Below, one piece after another: positions 1-11,800 of a stretch of DNA of 64,000 nucleotides; position 1 is the first letter of the stretch, and each line of letters starts with the position of its first letter. The notes under the pieces were generated by a model. The model saw only the letters and a list, made by a program, of their open reading frames with translations. It did not search any database and was not told the DNA's origin. Source of the stretch: Macrostomum hystrix. Its lineage: Eukaryota; Animalia; Platyhelminthes. The stretch is taken from the NCBI GenBank assembly GCA_950097015.1, contig CATNEN010000029.1, forward strand, positions 5,828,001 to 5,892,000, written 5' to 3'. The translations under genes were made by a program, and so were the position numbers.

Positions 1-329
1 CTCGTTTTTGCCATTTAAAAGTGTAGTCAGGCTAATGTTGGTTTGAATTTTAAAAGAAGCTGTTGTGATTTTTTCTTTTTATATCATGAATACCAGTTTC
101 TACTACCACGCTACTCTAGTGCTAGTGTACATGTGTACTAGTTATTGATGCTTGTTGGCAACAAAAGAAAATTACACAGTCCACATTTTTCCAGTTTTCA
201 CTCTTTCTGAAGCAAATATAACCTTTCGTTTGGCTAATTTCTGCAACGTATTCATTCAGTAATATGCGAGCCGATGACAAAATCTTTGCAAACTTCGAGT
301 CTTTTCATCTTTTCAAGTTTAAGAGTTGT

Positions 330-1052
330 ATATCAGTCTGATACCCAAAATTTGAGTATCGCCGATAACTCAGTCCGATACTCAAATTTGAGTATCGTCG
401 ATAACTCAGTCCGATACCCAAATTTGAGTATCGTCGATAACTCAGTCCGATACCCAAATTTGAGTATCGTCGATAACTCAGTCCGATACCCAAATTTGAG
501 TATCGCCGATAACTCAGTCTGATACCCAAGTTTGAGTATCGCCGATAACTCAGTCTGATACCCAAATTTGAGTATCGCCGATAACTCAGTCTGATACCCA
601 AATTTGAGTATCGTCGATAACTCAGTCTGATACCCAAATTTGAGTATCGCCGATAACTCAGTCCGATACCCAAATTTGAGTATCGCCGATAACTCAGTCT
701 GATACCCAAATTTGAGTATCGTCGATAACTCAGTCCGATACCCAAATTTGAGTATCGTCGATAACTCAGTCCGATACCCAAATTCGAGTATCGCCGATAA
801 CTCAGTCCGATACCCAAATTTGAGTATCGTCGATAACTCAGTCCTGATACCCAAATTTGAGTATCGTCGATAACTCAGTCCTGATACCCAAGTTTGAGTA
901 TCGTCGATAACTCAGTCCGATACCCAAATTTGAGTATCGTCGATAACTCAGTCTGATACCCAAATTTGAGTATCGTCGATAACTCAGTCCGATACCCAAA
1001 TTTGAGTCTCGTATCAACTCAGTCCGATACCCAAATTTGAGTATCGTCGATA
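330..1052. repeat. 36-bp minisatellite, ~20 copies (GATACCCAAATTTGAGTATCGTCGATAACTCAGTCC)
   Basis: Head-to-tail copies with few variant positions and no spacers. Explains the 12-aa periodic ORFs 274..522, 305..817 and 333..854. Confidence 0.97.
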
Positions 1053-2018
1053 CCTTAATAACGATCTATTTTGATCATCTAAGATTCTGTGAATGATCAT
1101 TTTGGCACCCCTAGACGCGACATTAAATAATATCCATCTCCAGCTGATTCACGCGAAGCAACATGACGAAAATGATTTTTAGGCAGGAAATACAGGAAAC
1201 ACATTTCCTGTCTGTTTTGGTACTTAGGGTCGTCGTGTTAGGGACCGTGTTAAAGCGAGCGTTTTCCTGACAATTTGAAGCTCAGCTGTTTCAGCGTAGT
1301 TTGCAAATGAATGGTGAGTCTAGATAGCGCATACTAGCTCACAGTCTCTCCTAAAATAAATGCGCTTGACGCATGTTTATGCGAGCAGCGCAGGTTTTAT
1401 TAAAAAATTCTGCTTGCCGCTTACGAGCTTGTCAATGAATCATAACGACATCGCCAGAAATCCATAATTGGAGGTTTGTTTGATTCTACTGAAAGTAGGA
1501 AAGTTGGGATTCGAAAAATAAAAGCGTTCTGTACAAAAAACTTCTTAGCTTAGGGGAGGCATGTAAGCGAAACAGACTTATATAATCTATATTTTAAAGC
1601 AAATAGGAAAATCCATTAAAAATAGTTAAATAGCCGCCAGTACTACTAGACTTCCATCTTTTTAATTTTCTGATAACCAGCTCAAAGACATCTCACCAGA
1701 GAAAAAAATGCCATGTTTTACTTTTGGTCCGGGCCGGGCCGATCCCTGCAAGCTCCAAGGCAACGTTGCGGGCACCCTCATGGTGCCAAGGCTGCATTAC
1801 TTGACCTAGTGCTGCACCAAAGTTCCAGTGAATACTTACTCGTACTATAATGTGTATATAGTGAATACAAAGTCAGCGCCAGGCAGGAGATACATAAATG
1901 CATACAAACTTGTCTGTTGGTGCTGAAGCGGTCGGCAGCGCGATCAGTATATAGGAGACCAGGTCCTGGACTTTTTTAATTAGTTGCTAGGAGTCGACTA
2001 GGAGTCTGCATGTGAGCA

Positions 2019-2339
2019 ATGCTCCTTGTTGGTGGATATCGGATCGAAGAGTCGATCGACGACGATGCGTCCAGACGAGCCCGCCACGTCACATGCGGAC
2101 AGGTGGACACGTCAGCTGTGGTTTTACCGATCAGCTGCAAATGGTTCAACCTTCTCCCAGCAACCTCGTGTGCCAGTTCGTTTCTTCGGGAAGCGGGAAG
2201 AAGCGGCCTGCTGTTGGCCGGCGATATCGAGTCTAATCCGGGTCCTGTTTTCTCTGTGCCGTCTGCAAATCGGCCATCCATTCATCCGGCAGTACCTTCC
2301 GTGGCAACGCCTGCGGTAACTGGATCAACTGCAGATTAA
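2019..2339 (+). mobile_element. Short reading frame containing a 2A/StopGo motif (LLLAGDIESNPGP), probably the 5' relic of a non-LTR retrotransposon
   Basis: Exact D-x-E-x-N-P-G-P at 2223-2246, preceded by a Leu-rich stretch. The frame hits several stops from 2337 and no intact APE/RT follows. Confidence 0.65.
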
Positions 2340-4949
2340 GGGCCCTGATGATGTGCGGCCGAACGTGGCGCGAAGCCGGGCCAGCATGCACCTTGTCGAA
2401 GCTTCCCTAGAGCGCCTCTGTCAGCGTCTAGGTCTCAGCCTCAGGTCTTAGATCTCCGATTGGAACAGCTGTGACCGCCGACGGGGCAGCTCCGCGAGAG
2501 CAGAACCGCCGAACCGAACATCAATCGAAATGCGGCCAGTGAAGGCTTTGCCGCGCCATCTCACTGGGTCGTCGCACACACCTGGCACGAGTCGGCCAGG
2601 AACTGAGTTAGAGGAACTGACCCCGTCTCTGAGTCGAATTTCGGCAGTCAGGCTGGTTCGGGAATCGTGCAGGTCACCTGGATCCTCATGAATGCATCAA
2701 AGCCGTGTACATGCAGGTGTGCACTGCACCTAATGTGCATTTAATTTGTTAGTCAGGTGTGGGGGCTGAGGCGTATGCGCGCTGTGAAGCAGAGACAACA
2801 GGCAGAAGCTTTCAGGTCCACTCGCTTTGGAGGTCTAGATATAGCAGCGTTGACTTCCCGTCCAGTCAGTGATGTCAATGAGGCCGGGCTATAGGTTTCG
2901 TGCGCTTTGGCGCGGCTGAGAATGCGTGTATAGATTCACTTTACGCAGTAATCATACGGTTATAGTAAGGCATATGGCTGATGCTTCGAGTGTCGTTAGA
3001 GAGCCTCAGGTCGCCGAGCAGACATCAGAACGAAGCATGGCATGATGAAGTTGAGCAACCCTCCTCAACATACATCCATGCACATAATTTTTCAAGCTGC
3101 ACGACATCAATACGCGTGTTGCATTTCTCTTTTTTCTTGATAAATTATATTAAGTTGTAGGCAAAGAGCTGTGTGATTTTTTACGAGACTCTTCATTTGC
3201 AATACCCAATTAGAGAAGCTATTGAAGCGAAAAAGGATTATAGGAAAGTTGGAGTTGGAATCCGCGCCATGCCATGTTGTATTGTACGAAAGTGACGTTT
3301 TATTATAGAATTGCAATACTTGTCATCATTTTTACATGCATTTTCGTAACGTGCACTCAAAATTGAACTTGACTCACTTAATTTGCCGTAGTCTATACCT
3401 GTAATCACTAGTTCTATTCGATTTGTTGTAAGTCTCTATAAGCTTGAGCCTAAATCACGCACATGTTGACTCAAACTTATTTAATTTGCTTAAGGAAGCA
3501 ATACCTTAGGGCCAATGAGGCCTCGTAGACCAAGTGAATGATCATTAATCTTTACCCTGCATGCTCACACCGATATTTCATAGCATTTGAGGCACTCTCA
3601 TTCTTTTAAACCAATAAGTCACTGTCAGTGGACAGGGTACTGCTGCACAATAACTGTCACATTGAGATTGATGCAAAGGCATTTCGATTGAGACTCGGGA
3701 GATTAGCTAATTGCACGGGCTACTCCAACACTGGCAGTGGGAATGCATGGCCTCTCCAACAAAGAGCTAAACTGTGTTTAACAGCCAAGGGGCACGCCTT
3801 TTCTACATAATGCAGCGTGTACATTTACTTCAGGTAAAGGTGTTCAGGCAACACCGAAAAAGCGAAACCTGAAACAATGAATTGCCACAGGTAGTGTCGG
3901 GGAAGATCAGGGAGATATTTTCATAGCTAAAATTTTTCGAATTTTCATTTAATCCGATGATTAAGGAACAGTTTTTTAACGAGAAAATCATGCGACATAT
4001 ATTGCTGAGATATATTGCAGGGGCTTGTCAATATCGCGTGATTTACTGTCATGCTTAGGGAGTAATTTCAATTGTACTCTCAGTTTGAATGTTTACGAGC
4101 ATTTTCGTCGAGTGGGAATTGTCATGAGCACCGGAGCGAGTGCTCAGAGCAATTGACGACACTCGGGTTGAGTAACATGCAGATGCAGGTTGAAACTGAG
4201 AGCCGTTTTCCCTTCGTAATAGAGAAATTCTAGATTTTTCTATCGCTACACGTGAACATCACATTGAATTGAAAAAAAACCGAAGGACAAAACATTTGCA
4301 GCAGTTAAATCGAGGAAGGGAAAAGCGGTTGGCTGCTTTAAAAGAATGAATCGGATTTCCATAAGCCTGATGTCTGTAGCATAGATACAAAGTTTAGTCT
4401 TTTGAAAGACAAAAACCGTTTGTTGTTTAATTTTAGCTTTAAGCTGCATGCCTCCTGAGTTCCTGAAGGGAATCAACCAATCAGACAGCGACCAATGGGG
4501 CTTCTCTTTGCTCCGCAACAATCGGCGATACAAGTGGCTCGACGCTCCGGTCTCTCCGTTTTCGCCAGCCACCCACGCTCTCGACGTTTTTATGAGCATT
4601 ACGGTCGAGGGACTTGCCTCTCGCTTTTGTTGGAAGACTCCGCGGTTGGTTTCCTGTAAGTATTTTTGTGTATAAATAGCAAAAGCTGTTCTGAAGCGTT
4701 AGCTGTATTTTAGGCCAGCCCTCAAAATAGTGTGCACTAATTGCATTTCTAAAAAAGGAGCGACATTCTATGAGTAAGTAGCTGTGGCTGTTAGAAATTG
4801 ATGGATTAACGCATCGGGTATAGTGTATTAATGATAGATCATTAGATACAACCAGTTGTACATCGATGTGATGTGATGACTGACATTTACGACCCTTGAG
4901 ACATCCAATGCAACACCTACTGAGCATGGGGTGCAACATCTACTGAGCA

Positions 4950-5570
4950 TGGGGTGTCAACAACAATCTAAGCTGTCAAGGTCGAAGCGCAGCGTCTGGG
5001 GCACCAGAGTCAGCCAGCAGGCAGTCGACGAAGCGCCGAGTTCAGGCTTGGCTGCGGCGGTTGGCTGCCTGCAGTGTGAGCAGCAGCACCTCTTGCACCT
5101 GCTGCGGGCACTAGGAATCGGTGCGGATGATGTAGCCTGCCAACTGGAGTAGCTGACGACGCAGTAGTTCACTTGTCCGGGTCAAGCCGGCGGCTTTAGA
5201 GTGCCGCGTTAGTGACTCGCTCATCGCTGATCTTAAAGGCGGTGCGCAGCAGGCCCACGTGCGCCGCGTTGTTTGAGCGAGTCCCTCAGCGTCCAGGTCT
5301 CGGCGGTCTTGACCACCGCATGGAACAGTGCCACCCTCTAGCGATTACGTAGGGACTCGGACCTGCATGAACGCTCTCAGAGAATGAAAGGCAACCCAGG
5401 CGACGCCGCAGATCTTAGTGGACATTAGTTACCGGACCGCCGAGGTAGACGAGCTGCTGACAGCGCGGAAGTTCCGTTGCCTGCCTGTCAGCACCTCGGC
5501 AGAAAATTGCGGCCTCGATGTGGCCAGACACGCAGAGTATGACGTTCTTCCACATGATGTTGGCGCAGCA
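4950..5570 (-). mobile_element. Degraded 3' fragment of an RTE-clade LINE (RT C-terminal region)
   Basis: Frameshifted minus-strand pieces LVYLGG, LFHAVVKTAETWTL, GLLRTAF..RVTNAAL, LQLAGYIIR and RRFVDCLLADSGAPD are typical of the RTE ORF2 C-terminus. A 24-bp duplication lies next to the 3' end (~4910-4957). Confidence 0.75.
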
Positions 5571-8500
5571 ACGCCAACTAGCTTGTCCGGCTGGTGCTGG
5601 GCGCCCTCTACGATCGAAACCAAACAAAAAGGAGCAAACAGTCCAAATTGATTGGGATAACAAGATATGTACATCTAGTACAAAGACAACTCATGCAGCG
5701 TACTCAGCCAGCTTTCTGCAAGTTAGACACACGATGGGTGGTCCACTTTGGTGCTCTCCGCTAGCCATTGCGTCTCGAAGGGGGGGCTGCTTAAGTCCTG
5801 GCCTCTGGCCGCCGCAGTCACAATTTTTTAAATATAAAAATGTGCATAATTTTATCATGAATAAACTGCTATACATTTAGGGAGTGTCGCTCGCTTGCTG
5901 CTTGTCCAACTCTTTCGTCTTCCCAGAGTGTTTAAACGAACCTGTTTTAAGCTAGTACCTTGTACTTTGATGTAAAGTTTAGTCGGGGATATCAGGGAAT
6001 GTTTATAAGACTCACCTCGGCTCCAAGGAATATACGAGTGGATAGAGTAGCGATGTCGAGACATTAAAACGATAGTTAGCTGACATTTCAGTCTCTGATA
6101 TTAGTTGGAAATCGCAAAAATAAATCCCATATGGCAGCCTAGGCTTCTTTCCCTTTTAGTCATCAAGGGCCATCAGGGCTAATTCTTGGCAGCTTATGTT
6201 GGAACATGAACGCTTGGCCATCATGCAATCAGTTTAGCAACTAGCATGCTGCTGGAGACAGTCGAGAGGGGATAGAGTGGCCCCGTCGAACAAGCTGCCG
6301 AATGAGTGCTTCAGTCGCACTTTATTGGAATAGCAGCTCGCTGCCGTCGACGAGCTTTTAGTCAGCAAATTGGCAACCTATGAAATAATGCCAACGGACA
6401 AGCTCTGCGCCTGAATTCAATCAGGCTTCAGGGCTCCGAGGTTCAGCTGCTGGTGGCTGACTGATCAAAGCTGCCAGTGGGGAATGCTCAATGACAAGCT
6501 TCGGGCATGCAAATCCAGTTTGGCCTTCGAGAGCGCGAGGATTTGAGTGATTGCTTGGAAGATGCAATTTGCTTTACAGTGTTTAGCCCTCCCCATATCC
6601 ATTGCTGGTGTCGGGATTGAGGGCTATAGACTCATTCCGCGACTATAAACGTTACCTATTACATGGAGGTTTTCAGCAAACTCCAACTGGGGCCACAGAA
6701 ATCAGGACATCTGTCACAAACTGAGATTTGTGACGTGTTGTATTTGGGTCGCGTTAAATGCTGGTTCTCCAAGTCGACTATACAAAAATCTCTTCGATGA
6801 ATTGAAGGCTGCAAAAACCCAATTTGAAGGACACGCCTTTCTGCCTGAGATGTCCTTGAGTTTGTGGGGGGTCACGAATTTGTAGTCTCAAAAGTTTGAA
6901 GGCTGCTTTATCTTGAGTCTTACCGCAAACCCCAGCCCATATATTTGCGCATCCTCAATCTCCGTTATCTTCATTGTTCAAAGAAAAAGTCTTCGGTCCC
7001 TGTACTATGTAATTCTTGTTACGTATCATGTGGTGACGAATACTTGTTTATCAGTGATTAGGCTGTTTTGTTCCCTAATGTCTTCGTTCTGGCAGCAAAC
7101 GTTGCTTGCAATGCTGTATACTAGCCTCCATATCTGCCTGGTTATCCCAAGGATAATTCTACATATGATTTGGAAAAGGAGGAATCCCTACCCATAAGCA
7201 TGCCTTCACTTGTAACAGACAATACCAGTACAATCGCAACGCAGTAATGATGCCATTCTTCCCCAAAGCCATTCCTCTCTCCCTCTCCCAATGGCCCCTT
7301 CTGCAGCAAAGCCCGCCAATCTGGCCGTGTTTCATCTGGTCTATTGTCACAATAAAAGCACCTATAGCCTCTGTTCTTTCATTGTAATGGGCGATAGTGA
7401 AAAAAACTGAATTTTGTGGCAATCCTCCGTTAATGCATTTCTATCAGAGTTAAATGGTCTGAGTACACCAGAGTACACCACTGTACAACTTCAAGCGCGG
7501 TGTGCGGAGTAGAAAAGCCGAATACACTGTCGAATTGCAATAAGTGACCTGGCCGCAGCAATTTGGCAAGCGGTGAAACTAGAAACTGGGCTCGATAATA
7601 GCTAGCTCGTCTAAAGCTAATGGATTAAGAGCAAATAGTGAACATTGCCCTGCACATCTCACAAGACCGCTTTATTTTACAATCTGCTTTCCATTATCAT
7701 GCAGGACTGCTCGGAATGCAGCAATATACTCGTAATTTAGAATTACGAGCTAGTTTGCTGATGGATGCCTAAAAGGGAATGGTGAGGATCCACCTTGAGG
7801 CGCAATTCTAAGCAGCATTTGCGCTCAGTTATTTACTCGTTCATCTGTTTTCTTTTAGTAGCAGCACAGTTTTCATATCCAAAAGTTCACATTTCTCATC
7901 AGGTCATTGGCGGCGGCATTTTGGGACATTGGTGGCATCGATTTTTTGTCAGTTTCACTCAAACTCTCCCCACTCTTTCTTTCAACATATAGTTTTTGGG
8001 GAGGTGAAGGGAAAGTTCCCGGTCGAAACAATGAAGCCGTGGCTCACAGGGGGAGAACGACAGCGCTTCCTTCCCTTCCGTCTTGCAAACAGGGCAGTCA
8101 AGGCGAAAGTCTTTAGCCGCCTATCCCCTCAGCTGTGGCCTCTCTTCGCCGGGTTTGTGGCGGAAGGAAACAAGAAGAGGCTGCAGATGGCAGAGAAGAG
8201 TGGCTGAAGAGGGAGACAAGGGGCTTGGAGACTGACACTCTGTCAGGCGTCTCAGCTGTCAAATGTTGCTAGACTTCAAATCCGACTTCCCGCGTGTTTG
8301 GCTAAGCATTCGGATCGTTCCTTATGAGAAGAGTACAATTTAAACCTGTGGTCGCTCATTCGATTAGAAAATTTATGCACGGAGTCTTTCCCAACTCTGC
8401 AATCTGCTAAGTGGAGCAGCTAAGTCTACAAATATCTAGCTGCTCATCTAGTATGCGCTTGCAGCATATGGATAGTCGGCGAAGCGTAGGAAAGAGACAG

Positions 8501-8856
8501 CTAAGACAGGCAGGCCCATTTGAATGTGTAAACTCCGACCGAGCCTAAATTACCAGGTGGGGCAGTGGGAGCTCGCACGATCTCGTCTGTTGAGATGTCG
8601 CCTCAGACAGCCGGGATTGGGCCGAGCGAGTGCTTGGGCCGAAGTCGTAAATCAGATCAGCGCCAACTCTGTCGCTCTCTCGTCTTCTCAGGCAATCATA
8701 TTTTCACAGCCATAGTTCGCCCTCACTCACTCAGCTAGCACAACCAACCCCCGTCACGCCGTTCATCTCCAGGGAGTTCCGAGTCTCTCCTGCTATTCAC
8801 AGACAGTCCGGTCCGGCCCCCAACTGGGTGGACTTTAGCGTTTCGAACTGGCGAAA

Positions 8857-11800
8857 ATGGCAGCCTCAATCAAGAAGTTTCTATCGGCTACCCTGTTCGA
8901 ATATGAGACCCAAAAGGTGATTGCAATCAGCTCGTACAAGATCGGTCTTATCTACCGAGGGATTCAGATGCTCATTGTGACCTACGTGATCGGCTGGGTG
9001 ATGCTCAGGGAGAAGGGCTACCAGAGCTTCGACACCGTTGTTAGCGGGGTCACCACCAAACTGAAAGGTGAGGCAAATTTAGTTGTATTTTTGTTATTTT
9101 TATGGCAATTGTCTACTTGGCATGTGACTGCCATTGACTAAAGATTTCGCTGTTCATACGCTGTAATACGTGTTTTTACCATAGAATCGTGCGGAAACGT
9201 ACTGTTTCGGATGTATTCGATATCAGGACAGAGGCATGGCAATCTATGGCAAAAACCTCTCATCCTACAGGGGCTCCATGACAGTGTGTAGTCACATACT
9301 GAAGTAACAGTAAAATAGTTAGTCCATGATGTCGACGCTTTGAGCACTCGTGTCTTACGTCGTTACTGCACTTAAAAGCTGTAATTGAACTCTCCATTGA
9401 TCCGTATGTAACAACCACAGTCAAGAGGTGTTTTAGTTTACCTTGAATTGACGGTCTGTCAAGCGGACGGTAGCCGCCTTTTGAACATGGATTTGTCTTT
9501 AATTTTCCGCAACAGATGGTGGGAAATCAAAGTGCAAATGTGACGGAAAGCTGCAACTCTCCAGGTTAATCGACTGTCCCCTGAACTGTTTGATGGATTA
9601 TCACACAAGCTACATTGCAAGGATAATTTAATCTGAATCCATCCATTTGTATCTAAGCAAAAAACTAGCTAGGTGCCAGGTAGGGGATCCGCACAGAACA
9701 TTAATTTGTTCCGTTTGTTTGTAGCAAAAAAGAGAAAATGCAATTGTTGACGCATTATCGCCAGCCGCATTGTAACACTTTTACACCTGCCCAGCCGATC
9801 TGGACGCCAAAATGAGGAATGAATGAGGATCCTGGAATAAAAAATTGGCGCCAAAGTCTGAGCTGAATATGTAATTCCAGAAAAGTACACATTTCCATCC
9901 CCTACCTTTGACATGGGCGCGGCAGGACAACAGATTAGCATTTCAGATCGAGCTGCATCTTTTACTGAGGATCTCTAACTGAATCCAAACTGAATCCAGG
10001 ACTTGTCAGGACTTTGTTCTACAGTCTCAATGGCAAACCCACCTTTCTGATGAAAGCAAATTCATTTTCAGTCTAATCGGCAACAGGAGAAGTGAAGGGA
10101 TCTCGACTAGCAAAGTGCAATAACTAATTAGTGATTCGCAGACAGGTGTCCCTCTAGCTACTATTCCTCTGTCACTCTCTCCTTGCTTGAAAAGATCGTG
10201 GGCTTGCATTTTCTTGTCGCTCGACTGCATTCAACTGCTGTCCGGATGTGTGAGTCTAAAGCTCTTTTTACCTCCAGCTAGCGAAACATGAAGCATAACT
10301 GTATAGTAAAAATAACAAAGACTTAATGGTCTCTTGAAAGGCTTGTGGGCTTGTCGTTGTATTTGTGCCTGTTGACCCCAACCCCAACGCACAGTTTACG
10401 ATGAGAAAGTCAGGGCAGATGTACACCCTTGTGTGCGTGTGTGATATCTACCGCTGTAGAAATTTGGCCTTTTACCTGAGTTGTGTTCGCAAAATTGGCG
10501 CGATTTCACCCAACTGAAATGCATTGATTGCTTAGTGGACATTCTAGAATTTTCGCAACTGTGAAAATCCAATTAAATTGATTTAGTTTTCACAAATACA
10601 TTTAGCTTTGAGGCAGCAGTTGTTTAGAAAAACCTCAAAAGCTCACAGGAAATGGTCTATTATTTTCATTATAATGCCGTTAAGAAGTTGGACAGATTAT
10701 CCTGAAACTGGTTCAGCAATTATTAGCAAAGAACAAATTACTTTAGAATATATTATGTTCCTAAATGGTGTTTTGTATTCCTTTTATCTCGGACGCAACA
10801 ATAATTCGCAGTTGGAAGGGCTGACAGGAACTTAGTGCCAGAAAACAACAGGCAATCAACTAACTTAGCAGTCGGTAGAAAGACAGTGCAAGATGGTGAT
10901 CAGTTACGATCAGTTAACTAGACAGATGGGAAGGAAAAATCATTTTTTGAGACAGTTCGACAAACAAGACAGATGGACAGGACTTTTCAATGCGGGACGT
11001 TTCGGCTTATATCAAATTACTGCATGCCGAGCATTCAAAATGTTTTCAGTGCTTGAAGCTATTCTTAAGCGTATGGGGAATCGGTTTTCCGTTGTATCGA
11101 TATCTGAATTTGTGGAATTCAATGCTGCTCAAATTTCTGAGAATTTCCATTGGTAAAATTATTCATTCATACATGCCCCATCTGCCACGCGCTGCTGGCC
11201 AAGCAAGATGGGCGAGTGTGTCTCCTCCCAATCGTCCTTTGAGTAGTTGCCGGGGTCGGGCTAAAGCTGAAACCAACTCATGCGAAACCGGCCCGCAGGC
11301 CTGGAGTACACCAACTACACGAACATCCCCTCCATCGGAGACCGCATCTGGGACGTGGCTGACTGGGCTGTGCCCCCACAGATGAACAGCGCCTTCTTCG
11401 TGACCACCAATGTGGTCATCACTAAGAACCAGAGCCAGACCAACTGCGAGGAGGACAAGGACAACAAGTGGCACGCCAAGTGAGTCTTTGAACATCGAAC
11501 CTGGAATCCGCCTTTAATCCCCATTTTCAGGGCAGACTGGCGGTCCCTAGAGAACACTGGGTAGATGGCAATTCTGACGGGAGAAATACACAGATGACTC
11601 CGTTTCGCGAGACCGATTTTCAAATTTTACGTTTGATTAGAAAGCTTAATAAACGGAAGCTTTTCTGCTTGTGAGATAATGAGCTGTGCTTAATTGAAGT
11701 TTAAGAAACGAAAAGAATGCAGTTTTGCAAACTTTGAGTTTCTGAGTTTGAGCTTGGAGTTTGCACAATATAGTCAATATAAGTTGTGATGCAGAAAACT

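Noticed and set aside
330-1052. CRISPR-like 36-bp palindromic repeats
   Set aside because: No unique spacers, no cas genes, eukaryotic context; a plain tandem array.
6330-6560. AVDELLVSKLATYEI...LCA*IQS resembling a CR1/L2 RT segment
   Set aside because: The downstream GVPQGS and YADD motifs are absent; too weak to call.
11163-11495. 110-aa minus-strand ORF with a hydrophobic start
   Set aside because: Antisense shadow of P2X exon 2.
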